From positions 1-44,285 of the forward strand of contig JAZDLE010000036.1 of the NCBI GenBank assembly GCA_043802315.1: a stretch of DNA of 44,285 nt. The letters run 5' to 3'. Below the pieces are notes generated by a model. It was given only the letters and a program-made list of their open reading frames with translations, was not told where the DNA came from and searched no databases. Below, in pieces: positions 18,731 through 28,046 of the stretch (the first letter of the stretch is position 1; each line of letters opens with the position of its first letter). Made by a program: the position numbers and the translations under genes. The DNA is from Nitrospirota bacterium. GTDB taxonomy: Bacteria; Nitrospirota; Thermodesulfovibrionia; Thermodesulfovibrionales; SM23-35.

Positions 18731-19368
18731 ATGGCAAAAGAACCTGTGCCTGGCCAGGTAAAAACGCGTCTTTATTTATGTTTTCTTCAAGACATGATGA
18801 CAGAAATGAGTGCTCTTGAAGGTATTGAGTTGGCTATCGCCTATACTCCAGGGCATGCAGGTAAGACCTTTGCCTCCATCGCTTTAAAGGGCTTTCTCCT
18901 TTTTGCCCAGCGTGGAAAAGGCCTGGGTGAGAGACTATGCAATATCTTTATGGAAAAACTTGAGGAAGGGTATGAGGCTGTGTCTATCATAAATAGCGAT
19001 AGCCCAGATTTGCCTATGTCTTTGGTAGCCGAATCATTTCAACTTTTGTCTCATCAGGCTGATGTTGTCTTCGGGCCGTGTAATGATGGAGGTTATTATC
19101 TCATAGGGATGAAAAAAATTTGTCCTGAATTATTCGTAGACATTCCTTGGAGCACGGGAAGCGTTCTTTCTAAAAGCCTTGAAATAGCAAGAAATCAGGT
19201 ATCAAAACAGCACTGCTCCCTCCATGGAATGATATAGATACGTTTCAGGGTCTCCTAACATTCTTCAAGAAATATAGAAAACCGCCACAAGGCAGGCATT
19301 GGGCTGGGGGAAAAACCTTCTCGTTTTTATCAAACCTGAAAAAATTCAAAATAATGTATGGTTCATGA
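18731..19368 (+). pseudogene. DUF2064 / TIGR04282-type glycosyltransferase-like protein, frameshifted near its 3' end
   Basis: Frame A (18731-19237) reads MAKEPVPGQVKTRL..NSDSPDLP..GPCNDGGYYLIG.. The family's C-terminal motif (..LLPPWNDIDTFQGL..) continues in another frame (19183-19368, stop TGA 19366-19368). The shift lies between 19183 and 19212, a stretch that contains an AAAA run. Confidence 0.6.
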
Positions 19369-19467
19369 CCTGAAAAGGAATATTATTTTCTTTGGTATTG
19401 TGTGAAAATGAGGTCGCCTGTGAGATAAAAGGCGATTCTGTAAACAGCTTAGCACAATTAAAAGCCT

Positions 19468-20094
19468 TTAAGGATTATATTCGTATATCTTTACATCCTC
19501 TGGTAAGGAAGGCACGAATAGACCCTCTTTCAAATCCGTATTAACTTTTATATCTTTCAGTATTATCTCTATCCTGTTAGAGTGTGAATCTATTATTGTA
19601 AAGGAACGTATCGGAAATTCACCCTCAGAAGTTTCAATTTCTATAGAGAGAATTCCTCCCATAGAGCTTTTTGGTTTCAGGAGAAGATGTTTGTTCTTTT
19701 GGGATACTATAAACTCCTCATGAAGTTTTCCAAATCCACTCAACAGGGCTATTGGTGCCTGGCCATAGGTATTCCAGTCAAATCTTCCCCTGAATGCCTG
19801 TCTTTCCTTCTTCTGGTATATAATGATTTCATCATTATTGATAAAAACTTCCTGGGGTGCTTCTCCTTTATACTCCCATTTCACCTTCTTCGGAATCTTC
19901 ATAGAGAATTGACCTTGATATGTCTCAATGCGTTTAAGGTCTTTTATGTAGCTTTTCTGTATAAAATTTCCCCTCATGTCTCTGATATTCCCATAAGCCT
20001 TCTGAATCCTCTGTATTTCTTCATCGATTAAAGCTTCAGAGATAGAAATAAACGCCAAAATGATGATTAAAGCAATGAAAAATGACTTTTTCAT
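19468..20094 (-). CDS. LolA-like outer-membrane lipoprotein carrier / chaperone family protein
   Basis: 208 aa. It has a signal peptide and ..I..I...Y..I.DMRGNF.Q...IK.L.R.ETYQG.F..K.P.K..WEY.. typical of the LolA fold family. Confidence 0.65.
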   Translation of the reverse strand: MKKSFFIALIIILAFISISEALIDEEIQRIQKAYGNIRDMRGNFIQKSYIKDLKRIETYQGQFSMKIPKKVKWEYKGEAPQEVFINNDEIIIYQKKERQAFRGRFDWNTYGQAPIALLSGFGKLHEEFIVSQKNKHLLLKPKSSMGGILSIEIETSEGEFPIRSFTIIDSHSNRIEIILKDIKVNTDLKEGLFVPSLPEDVKIYEYNP

Positions 20095-20284
20095 ATTTTT
20101 TGCAGCACCCCTTTAAAAATAGCATATTAAAGGATAAGCTTCAAGTGTCCCAATTTGCATAAACAGCACAAGCAACATAGAACAATACTGGTAGCCAATC
20201 AAGCGTATTTGCGAACCAAGTTAAACAAGAGGTGGTATCTCCAATTGAGTGATCGAAGCAAAAAGAGGAATTCACTATAATTCT

Positions 20285-20378
20285 TCCCCTCACTTGACGG
20301 GAGGGGACAAAGGGGAGGGTGAGCTAAAAGATATGGTTACCCCCTCCCTTACGCTCCCCCATCAAGGGGGAGGGGGGG
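20285..20378. repeat. Two divergent G/C-tract palindromes (20285-20323 and 20340-20378)
   Basis: tcccctcacttgacgggaggggacaaaggggagggtgag and ccccctcccttacgctcccccatcaagggggaggggggg. Both have nested C-tract/G-tract arms in an otherwise AT-rich spacer. Confidence 0.6.
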
Positions 20379-20509
20379 CAGTGTAGAATGTGAAGTTGTG
20401 TCAGTCTGAATAGTTATTCAAATATGCCTGATCCTTATAGCGGGAAAAGAGATGTTCACAAAGAGAGACATATTGTTGATAAAATGAGTCGTAAGGTTTA
20501 TAGTTTTTC

Positions 20510-21295
20510 ATGACAGATACTTGGCGCTTCATTGATACAGGACCTTGCAGGGCTTCTTACAATATGGCCATGGATGAGGCGATTGCTACGGTAGTCAAAA
20601 AAGGGAATTCACCTCCAACATTAAGGCTTTACGAATGGGATATCCCATCTGTCAGTATTGGATACTTTCAGAGGATGAGGGATATTAACATTGATCATTG
20701 TAGAGAGAGGGGTATTCCAATTGTCAGAAGACCCACGGGAGGCCGTGCAATCTTGCATGACCATGAGATCACATACAGTTTCTCTGTCAAGACAGAATAT
20801 GGACTATTCTCGAAGGGCTTACTCGACAGCTATAAAAAGATCAGCAAGGCTTTTAGCTGTGCCTTCTCAAAGATCGGCCTCGCATCAGAATTAAAACTGC
20901 AGAGAGAACCTCATCGCAACAGAAGTCCATTATGTTTTCAGTCAACATCATACGGAGAGATAACTATTAACAGTAAGAAAGTTATTGGCTCAGCTCAAAA
21001 ACGCTGGCCTGACGGTCTTCTTCAGCAGGGTTCTATCCCCTTTACTATTGATGAGGATGAAATCGCTAAGGTATTCAGGCTCAAATCGTCTGAAATAGGA
21101 AAGAAGTTTACCGGACTAAAAAAAATACTTTCTGATTTAAACATTGCTAGTTTCAAAAATGCTCTAAGAATCTCATTCGAGGAGACCTTCGATACTATGC
21201 TTATTCCTTCTTCTCCTTCACATGAGGAGGTCTCTCTTGCCGGGGAACTTGAAGTCAGAAAGTATCGCTCACCTTCGTGGAATTTCCAGAGATAG
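20510..21295 (+). CDS. Lipoate-protein ligase A / octanoyltransferase family (BPL_LplA_LipB domain) protein
   Basis: 261 aa with ..LRLYEWDIPSVSIGYFQ.., ..VRRPTGGRAILHD.E.TYS.. and ..K.IGSAQKR.. motifs. Confidence 0.8.
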   Translation: MTDTWRFIDTGPCRASYNMAMDEAIATVVKKGNSPPTLRLYEWDIPSVSIGYFQRMRDINIDHCRERGIPIVRRPTGGRAILHDHEITYSFSVKTEYGLFSKGLLDSYKKISKAFSCAFSKIGLASELKLQREPHRNRSPLCFQSTSYGEITINSKKVIGSAQKRWPDGLLQQGSIPFTIDEDEIAKVFRLKSSEIGKKFTGLKKILSDLNIASFKNALRISFEETFDTMLIPSSPSHEEVSLAGELEVRKYRSPSWNFQR

Positions 21296-21322
21296 AGATT
21301 CCTGTGCTATAATTCCACCTTC

Positions 21323-21718
21323 ATGGAGAAGAATAAAATTCATGTTGTTCCAAAATCTGTCATCTATGGCTTTTTTATTCTCGGTCTTCTTTCTGCTATC
21401 GCCTTCAGGGCGATAATACTGGTTCAGCGTTTAGAGCCCTCGTGGGTGAGACCTGTCTGGTATATCGGAACAATCGGATATTTCTTTTTTTTCCTCTACC
21501 GCTATGCGATTACCAAGAAGAGGAAAAGGGCTATTGAGCAATTTCAACTCATAGAGAAGGTGAAGACCAATGCCCGTCTCACCAATCAAGACAGGGAGGT
21601 CGTTCTTTACCTCCTCTCATCGATCAGGCTTTCCCTGGAAGATATCAACTATGCCATTATTTTCATACTGTCTCTCATTGCCGTTGCAACCGACCTTTTG
21701 CTCAGTGCACTAATGTAA
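21323..21718 (+). CDS. Small integral membrane protein (3 predicted TM helices), function unknown
   Basis: 131 aa with hydrophobic segments at about residues 13-35, 44-62 and 108-128. It is in frame with lipoate-ligase gene above, separated by TAG plus 9 sense codons. Confidence 0.5.
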   Translation: MEKNKIHVVPKSVIYGFFILGLLSAIAFRAIILVQRLEPSWVRPVWYIGTIGYFFFFLYRYAITKKRKRAIEQFQLIEKVKTNARLTNQDREVVLYLLSSIRLSLEDINYAIIFILSLIAVATDLLLSALM

Positions 21719-21847
21719 GCAACGAGGTTCAGACGTGCTTTACAGGGATCCTGCCCTTTTGGGCTTAAAAGGTTTTGGTATTTCCTGCTTTACCAAACTT
21801 GTTAGAAATATGATAAAATGTAAGAAAGTTTTAAAAAGGAGGAAGAA

Positions 21848-22105
21848 ATGCCAATTGCAATACTAACGTCAAAGGGTCAGATGACCATACCAAAGGAAGT
21901 GAGAAATGCCTTGAAGCTTAAACCCTCTGAAAGAGTTATCATCGTTGTTGAGGGTGACCACGCTGTTATTAAGCCTCTCAGGGGAGATATACTCGATATC
22001 GGAGGTTCTATAAAGATACCCGAGCACGAAAAACCCATACCTTTCCGAAAAGTGAGGGAAGGGGTGAAAAAGAAGATAGGCAAACGAGCTGTGGGAAGGC
22101 AGTAG
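21848..22105 (+). CDS. vapB: AbrB/SpoVT-type antitoxin (VapB-like)
   Basis: 85 aa. SKGQMTIPKEVRNALKLKPSERV is a looped-hinge-helix motif. A GGAGG sequence lies upstream and a PIN gene lies directly downstream. Confidence 0.8.
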   Translation: MPIAILTSKGQMTIPKEVRNALKLKPSERVIIVVEGDHAVIKPLRGDILDIGGSIKIPEHEKPIPFRKVREGVKKKIGKRAVGRQ

Positions 22106-22111
22106 AAGGTT

Positions 22112-22519
22112 ATGTCAAAGAAATTTATTGATACCAATATATTCCTCAGATATCTCACAAGAGACGTCCCCGCAAAGTACAGCAGGTGTAGAGAGATTTT
22201 CAAGCAGGCGATGGAAGGAAAGGTTGAACTTGCAACATCCGCTATAGTAATAGCTGAAATCATATGGACACTCCTATCTTATTATAAGGTAGCAAAAGCT
22301 GATGTCATTGAAAAAATCTCTATTATCGTAAGCACCAGGAACTTATACATTTCCGACAGGGACATCATCGCTGATGCCCTTCTTCTCTACAGTAGAAAAA
22401 ATATTGATTTTATCGATGCCTATAATGCTGTTTACATGAAGTATCACGATATAGAAGAGATTTATTCATACGATGAGGATTTTGATCTCATTGGTGACAT
22501 ATTACGTACAGAGCCATAA
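22112..22519 (+). CDS. vapC: PIN-domain toxin (VapC-like)
   Basis: 135 aa with the acidic residues of the PIN fold: IDTNIF, AEII, FIDAY, SYDEDF. Confidence 0.85.
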   Translation: MSKKFIDTNIFLRYLTRDVPAKYSRCREIFKQAMEGKVELATSAIVIAEIIWTLLSYYKVAKADVIEKISIIVSTRNLYISDRDIIADALLLYSRKNIDFIDAYNAVYMKYHDIEEIYSYDEDFDLIGDILRTEP

Positions 22520-22929
22520 TTTTTCTCAACAACGAAACATCTTCTTTCAAATGTTCCCCTGGTATGCCCCCTCTCCGCTTTACTTTCGTTGCTCTTTGCA
22601 AAAAGGATACAATTTGAGCTATATTTACACAACGACTCCCAGAGAGGGGTGATTGGGATTTTTTATAGGGATTTATGGGGGAAGAATCAGAGCCTGTTCT
22701 CACATCGAGGATGGGTTTTTTTGTTTGGGGTATAAAACGATTCAGGGGGTAGAGAAAATATGTCAATAAACAAGTCTGACCCTGATCCGAATATTAGCAT
22801 CAGGTTCGTAAGGGAGTCGGAGTTGCCCATAGTACCGATGGTATTTCAAGGACAACGAAACCTTGGAAGAGGGAAGGGGCAATGCCTTCATCGAGTTTCT
22901 GAAGAAAGGAAGGAAAGGAGATTGCGGTA

Positions 22930-23019
22930 ATGCTGGAAACTCCTGAAAAGATTCGGGAACTTCAGAGGAAACTATATCAGAAGGCCAAGCAGGACTGCGA
23001 AAGCCTGTCCCAATGTTGA
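22930..23019 (+). mobile_element. Fragment of the N-terminus of a group II intron reverse transcriptase/maturase
   Basis: Own translation: MLETPEKIRELQRKLYQKAKQDCESLSQC*. The ..LQRKLYxKAKQ.. string is the usual start of one class of group II intron-encoded proteins. The similarity ends after about 21 aa, and no RT domain or domain V/VI follows. Confidence 0.4.
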
Positions 23020-23170
23020 AATTAAAAAATAGTATAACACATTGAAAATATAGGACAAGTAAATATGAGGGACACATCCTAATGGCACTGACTTAAGTGG
23101 CGGTTAAATAAAAGACCTCCGATGCCGATTGAATATTGAGAGGAATTCAACACCGGCAAAAGGAGGTCAA

Positions 23171-23387
23171 ATGAAGACTGAAGGAAGTAAGGAGAAGATT
23201 GGAGTCGTTGCAGCTTAATGCAGTGCGTGAGCTATTACCGGACAGTACGATAGAAGGAATATGCGAAGAATGTGGATATTATTTTAGGACTCGGTTATTG
23301 ACGCCGCTTGTGACGATATTTCATATGCTGGCAGCGGCAATAAGCCGTGAGGGCTGTTTTCAGAGCGCATGGCATAACATAGAATGA
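23171..23387 (+). mobile_element. Fragment of an IS4-family transposase N-terminus (truncated and frameshifted)
   Basis: An AAAGGAGG RBS precedes ATG 23171, giving MKTEGSKEK.. The reading then shifts to the tracked ORF 23199-23387 (..RTRLLTPLVTIFHMLAAAISREGCFQSAW..), which resembles IS4-type N-termini. No DDE domain follows. Confidence 0.45.
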
Positions 23388-23464
23388 AATAAAAAGGGGC
23401 GGTTGTATTAGCTCACTAATTCGGTAACTTTTAGAAGTTTATCAAAAGGTGTCATATAATTTAA

Positions 23465-23938
23465 TCAACGCTTAATCTCTCTAAAATTCACTTTCTGTGC
23501 CTTTACAACCATTACTGCTTGCTCTAATGCCTGTGGGTCATTCCAGTGATAAAAAGCAGCCAGCCTGTCTTTTGCACTATCTGTAGGACTGAGAAGGATA
23601 ATTTTACCGAACTTTGTTTTTATCTCCCTTTTAGATTTTACTGGCTCGTTTCCTATTGCAGCAGGTGGGGTAACAAATTCTATAAAAAATGGACAGTCTT
23701 TTCTGACAAAATGGCGTGAACTTTCCCTCTTAAAACCAATCTCTGAAAGTGCTGAGGAAAGTTTCTTCAAAGAGGCGTGTGCGATAAAATCGAGATCACT
23801 TGATAGATATTTATTCTTTGTATAAATTGAAACGCAGGCACCCCCTATTAGGAGTACATCTATTTCTTTCTCTTGTAACTTCTCATATATAACCGCAGCT
23901 AAATCCCTGATACCAATCTATTTCCAATCAATCTTCAC
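23465..23938 (-). pseudogene. Small nucleotidyltransferase-fold protein with an in-frame TAG at codon 7
   Basis: The tracked ORF (23465-23770) continues open upstream as IGIRDLAAVIYEKLQEKEIDVLLIGGACVSIYTKNKYLSSDLDFIAHAS, which carries the GG..x13..DxD NTase motif. Further upstream lie TAG 23920-23918 and GTG 23938. That GTG overlaps the upstream gene's stop (GTGA). Confidence 0.5.
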
Positions 23939-24263
23939 AGTGGTTTCCCAGCTCTTCTCGGTCTTGTGCGCTTCCTATAATATGTATCTTTCTCTGTTTC
24001 TGGAAGATATTCATATGCCTTAGACAGTAATGATTTTAACTCCCTTAAGAAAGGGTATCTGGGGTTAAATGTATATATCCTTACTTGCCGATGAGACGAC
24101 TCACAAGGATTCCGCTGTTTTCCAGCCTTTTAAGCTGCTGCTGAATCCTGTTTACGGGTTCTCCAAATACCTTTGCCATACCGAGAGGGTATCCTTCACC
24201 GTACACAATAAGGAAAAATAATATTTTCTTAACAATAACATTTCCAAAAAGCCCTTCTAACAT
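23935..24263 (-). pseudogene. Winged-helix DNA-binding protein, frameshifted (partner of the NTase gene)
   Basis: Frame 1 (24263-24081) reads ..KILFFLIVYGEGYPLGMAKVFGEPVNRIQQQLKRLENSGILVSRLIGK*. The family-like continuation VRIYTFNPRYPFLRELKSLLSKAYEYLPETEKDTYYRKRTRPRRAGKPL* is in the -1 frame (24084-23935). Confidence 0.5.
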
Positions 24264-24452
24264 TATTCCTCCTTTACCATAATAATTGGTAATATTACCA
24301 TATATTATGTAATTATTATCATGTATTTTGCTGTGTCGGTGAAAAAATTTATTCAGGTGATTGATAACATAAAGGAGAGCTTCCTCATCGAGCTCTCATG
24401 GCTCCTGGTAAAGAAAAGAATAATTCGGAAATAGGCTTTCACAGCAGGTTTC

Positions 24453-25124
24453 TCATTTCATTATCTTCCACACATCAACATCCCTACCATGCGCTACTTT
24501 TATAGTGCCTGATGCTGCCTTGAAAATAACTTCTGCCACCTCTGAAGGAGGTCGACCTTCGTATCCCGTGAGCCTTGTGGCTGTCATGTCGGGATTGACA
24601 CAGCAGATTCTGAGACGGGGATGTTCCTCGGCGAGAGCCTGTGTGAAGCCTCGAACCCCGAACTTCGTCCCGCAATAAACAGACATCTCTGCATATGCGG
24701 TCTTGCCTGCGGCACTCGCTATGTTGATTATCCCTTTCTTAATATGAGGGAGAAAGGCACGGGTCAACTTAATAAGGCCTTCCAGGTTTGTCCTGATCTG
24801 TCTCTCGATGTCCTTCATGGTATGTTCCCTGAAAGGAATAAAAACTCCCGTCCCTGCATTATTAATAAGGAAATCCACTCTGCCATACTTCTTCAGCACC
24901 CTTTTGACAGCATCCTCAATGCTACTGTCATTCGTTACGTCAAGATGGAGGAGCAAGGTGTCTTCTGCGCCAAGCTTTTGGCAATGCCTTTCGGCCCGTT
25001 CACCCCTTGTTTTCCCTCTATTATAGGTGAGAACGAGATTTGCGCCGGCTTGTGCAAACTTATATGCTGTTTCCCTTCCGATCCCTGAACTGGAACCTGT
25101 TATAATCACGACTTGTCTTTTCAT
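24453..25124 (-). CDS. Short-chain dehydrogenase/reductase (classical SDR)
   Basis: 223 aa with TGSSSGIG, NNAG and YCGTK (YxxxK) motifs. Confidence 0.9.
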   Translation of the reverse strand: MKRQVVIITGSSSGIGRETAYKFAQAGANLVLTYNRGKTRGERAERHCQKLGAEDTLLLHLDVTNDSSIEDAVKRVLKKYGRVDFLINNAGTGVFIPFREHTMKDIERQIRTNLEGLIKLTRAFLPHIKKGIINIASAAGKTAYAEMSVYCGTKFGVRGFTQALAEEHPRLRICCVNPDMTATRLTGYEGRPPSEVAEVIFKAASGTIKVAHGRDVDVWKIMK

Positions 25125-25364
25125 GTTCTCCTCCTTTTAGCCCAGATTATTCATTATTCATAAAGAATTGTTATAAATCCAGCAAAGGATTGGGGATATA
25201 GAAAACAAGGTCGGTTGTTATAACCTTTTGAATTTGGAAAGTTTTTCAGGGTTTAAGGAAACTGTTTATTTCTTAAACCTCAAGCTGAAGCCTGCGCCCT
25301 ATATTTCAGATGAAAGTCAAGGTTCTTATAGAGAAAAATGGGAATAGTTTGATATGATCATGAT

Positions 25365-25775
25365 ATGAAAAAGGCGATAAGGTATCCGGGAAACGCAAAG
25401 AAGATCAAAATGGAGTCGAGACACGTGATTGATCAATGGATAGCAGAGGTAAAACAGAGTTCAGACCCTCAAGAACTTGGGATGATCCTTATGCATAATG
25501 GAATTGTGAGGGCTACTTCGAAAGACGGAAAGGGTGTGAAAGGGATGCATCTTTCTTATGATAAAGCAAAACTAAACTCCCTCATAAAAGAATTTGGAGG
25601 GAAAAATGGTATCGTAGCGATTAAGATCTGGATCAATGAAGGGACCCTCAAAGTTGGCGATGATATCATGTATGTTTTAGTTGCCGGAAGGTTGAGAACG
25701 GATGTCTTACCAACATTTCAGGAGCTTATATCGAGGATAAAGAGAGAGGTTGTTTCCGAAGATGAGTTCTCTTAG
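25365..25775 (+). CDS. Hypothetical protein, possibly MoaE-like fold
   Basis: 136 aa. The pattern ..GMILMHNGIVR....G..V.GM.L.Y.....L..I......G.....I....G.L.VGD....V.V.G..R.. loosely resembles the molybdopterin synthase large subunit. This is a weak, by-eye assignment. Confidence 0.3.
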   Translation: MKKAIRYPGNAKKIKMESRHVIDQWIAEVKQSSDPQELGMILMHNGIVRATSKDGKGVKGMHLSYDKAKLNSLIKEFGGKNGIVAIKIWINEGTLKVGDDIMYVLVAGRLRTDVLPTFQELISRIKREVVSEDEFS

Positions 25776-25850
25776 TTTATCTTACAAAGAAAGTGGTTGT
25801 GATAGAATTTCTGTAAGGAGCAGAAATTCTATCAATGTAAAGGAGACATT

Positions 25851-26297
25851 ATGCTGAAGGCAAGAGATATCATGACAAAGGATGTAATAACAGTTAAACC
25901 GGATACTACCATAGAAGATCTGGCACGGATACTCATTAAGCACCAAATCAGTGGTACCCCTGTAGTTGATGGAAATGGGGACATTATAGGGATCGTCACG
26001 GAGAATGACCTCATAAGCAAAAACAAGAAACTCCATATCCCTACCGTATTGAGGCTGTTTGATGCCTTTATTCCCCTGGGAACAAGCAGACTCGAGGAGG
26101 AGATTAAAAGGATGGCAGCGAGTACTGTAGGTGAGATATGTGCAAGAAATGTGGTCACCGTTAATGAAGATACATCCGCAGAGGATGTTGCCACCATAAT
26201 GACAGAGAAAAAGATACACCTCTTGCCTGTTTTAAAGGAAGGGCGATTAGTTGGAATCATTGGCAAAAAAGACCTCATAAAGGGCATCACGGGTTAA
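25851..26297 (+). CDS. CBS-domain pair protein
   Basis: 148 aa with two CBS units: ARDIMTKDVITV..SGTPVVD..G.IIGIVTENDLI and ..GEICARNVVTV..IHLLPVLKEGRLVGIIGKKDLI. Confidence 0.85.
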   Translation: MLKARDIMTKDVITVKPDTTIEDLARILIKHQISGTPVVDGNGDIIGIVTENDLISKNKKLHIPTVLRLFDAFIPLGTSRLEEEIKRMAASTVGEICARNVVTVNEDTSAEDVATIMTEKKIHLLPVLKEGRLVGIIGKKDLIKGITG

Positions 26298-26395
26298 TCT
26301 GATTAGAAGACTCAAAATTTCTTCTCAAAAATATTCTCACGTGGAAATATAAACTTCTCTCCAAAGTCAGAGAGATTGTTGGTATAATTAAGACC

Positions 26396-27286
26396 ATGCA
26401 AGTTTATGTAAATGGGAAGCTCGTACCTGCGAAAGAAGCGGTAATTTCCGTCTTCGACCATGGTTTCCTCTATGGTGACGGGATATATGAGACGATGAGG
26501 GTTTACGATGGGGTTACGTTCATGCTTGCCGAACACCTCAGGAGGCTCTATCGCTCTGCATCATTGATAGGACTTACGATACCCCTTGATATGGACTCTC
26601 TAAGAACCTCTATTTATGATACCCTCATAGCAAACTCTCTTAGAAACGCCTTTGTTAGGTTAACGGTATCGAGAGGATATGGACCTATCGGCCTTGATCC
26701 TGACCTCTGCCCCGAGCCTACAATCGTCATCATTACACAGGAGATGAAGGACTATCCAAAGTCATTCTATGAAAAAGGCATAAATCTTATAATCCCGGAA
26801 ACGAGAAGAAACTTCAGAGAGGCAATAAATCCGCAGATAAAGTCCCTGAACTTTCTCAACAATATTCTTGCCAAGATCGAGGCTAAAAAAAGAGGCGCCT
26901 ACGACGCAGTTATGCTGAATGTATATGGAAAGCTTACGGAAGGCACGATCAGCAATGTATTCTTCTCTAAAGATGGTATTCTCTGTACACCTTCTCTTGA
27001 GTGTGGAATACTTGATGGTATAACAAGGGGGATAGTCATAGATCTTGCCTTGAGAGATGGATTAAAGGTGAAAGAGGATGAATTTACTAAGGAGGATTTC
27101 TATTCAGCAGAGGAGGTCTTTGTTACGAACTCAACCATGGAGGTCATGCCAGTCTCGAAGGTTGACGACCAGAGGTATGCAGTAGGTAACATTACAAAAC
27201 TCCTTCATAAGGCATATAGAGAGGAAGTAAATGCTTATGTGGCAAATGTTAAGGCAGAAGGACCATCTCTTTGGGGATACGAATAA
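26396..27286 (+). CDS. ilvE: Class IV (fold type IV) PLP aminotransferase, of the branched-chain amino-acid aminotransferase type
   Basis: 296 aa with ..DHGFLYGDGIYETMRVYDG..HL.RL..SA.., ..IKSLNFLNNILAK.EA and ..EGT.SNVF.. motifs. The substrate (BCAA, D-Ala or ADC lyase) cannot be resolved by eye. Confidence 0.75.
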   Translation: MQVYVNGKLVPAKEAVISVFDHGFLYGDGIYETMRVYDGVTFMLAEHLRRLYRSASLIGLTIPLDMDSLRTSIYDTLIANSLRNAFVRLTVSRGYGPIGLDPDLCPEPTIVIITQEMKDYPKSFYEKGINLIIPETRRNFREAINPQIKSLNFLNNILAKIEAKKRGAYDAVMLNVYGKLTEGTISNVFFSKDGILCTPSLECGILDGITRGIVIDLALRDGLKVKEDEFTKEDFYSAEEVFVTNSTMEVMPVSKVDDQRYAVGNITKLLHKAYREEVNAYVANVKAEGPSLWGYE

Positions 27287-27287
27287 G

Positions 27288-28046
27288 ATGGCGCTGATGC
27301 TAAATCCGAAAGATATAGCAAGGGTTATCGATCATTCATTGCTCAGGCCTGATGCCACATATGCTGACATAAAAAGGCTCTGCGAGGAAGCACGGCAATT
27401 CGGGTTTTACTCTATCTGTATACATCCCGGCTTCATAAAGAAAGCAAAGGAGTTCCTCAAGGGTAGTAGCGTCAGAGTGACAACAGTGATAGGGTTTCCC
27501 CTCGGGATGACCCTTACAGAGGTAAAAGTCTATGAAGCTATGCATGCTACCCTCATCGGTGTTGATGAGCTCGACATTGTGATTAATATAGGTGCCCTGA
27601 AATCAGGAGATTGGTTGACTGTCAAAAAAGATATCTCCGATGTGATAATGGCTACAAGAGGGCACATCCATAAAACGATAATCGAGACCTGCTACCTTGA
27701 TGACAATGAAAAGAAGAAAGTTGTGAAAATAGCTCTGGATGCAGGTTCAGAGTTCATAAAGACCTCTACTGGCTTTGGACCTCATGGAGCACGATTGAGG
27801 GACATAAGACTTATAAAGAGTATCGTTGGAGATGCTGCAGGCATCAAGGCTGCAGGTGGTATAAGGACGGCCGTGCGATTCCTCGATATGCTCAAGGCTG
27901 GAGCTACAAGGATAGGAACATCAGCAGGAGTACAGATAATAAGAGGGCTTAAAGAGAATTCGAGAAAAGCTACGTCTTTACAAAACGTAAGATTGAAAAA
28001 GGAGAAAAAACATGAAGGAAGAAAGAATATCAAAGGAAAAGATTAA
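27288..28046 (+). CDS. deoC: Deoxyribose-phosphate aldolase with a Lys-rich C-terminal tail
   Basis: MALMLNPKDIARVIDHSLLRPDAT.. is the canonical DeoC start. ..FIKTSTGF.. contains the Schiff-base Lys and ..RIGTSAG.. lies near the usual C-terminus, after which about 35 extra basic residues follow. The tracked start at 27231 overlaps ilvE and was not used. Confidence 0.85.
   Translation: MALMLNPKDIARVIDHSLLRPDATYADIKRLCEEARQFGFYSICIHPGFIKKAKEFLKGSSVRVTTVIGFPLGMTLTEVKVYEAMHATLIGVDELDIVINIGALKSGDWLTVKKDISDVIMATRGHIHKTIIETCYLDDNEKKKVVKIALDAGSEFIKTSTGFGPHGARLRDIRLIKSIVGDAAGIKAAGGIRTAVRFLDMLKAGATRIGTSAGVQIIRGLKENSRKATSLQNVRLKKEKKHEGRKNIKGKD

Noticed and set aside
22103-22114. Functional VapB-VapC, or DtxR-Fur, read-through fusion proteins.
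   Set aside because: Toxin-antitoxin pairs and the two repressors work as separate polypeptides. The shared frame is more economically explained by chance plus termination-reinitiation coupling. It is kept only as part of the statistical TAG observation.
22520-23020. An intact group II intron upstream of and including the RT-like start.
   Set aside because: No GUGYG 5' end or domain V/VI-like hairpins are visible, and the RT reading frame stops after 29 codons. At most this is a remnant.
25125-25364. A riboswitch (for example Moco) or leader in front of the MoaE-like gene. A small imperfect hairpin, gtttaaggaaa..tttcttaaac, was noted.
   Set aside because: I could recognise no conserved riboswitch core sequences. 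The hairpin is short and imperfect.
28012-28046. The deoC Lys-rich tail as evidence of a frameshift or fusion with the downstream small ORF.
   Set aside because: The two frames differ and each has its own stop. The small ORF has its own strong RBS. A simple 35-nt overlap is sufficient explanation.
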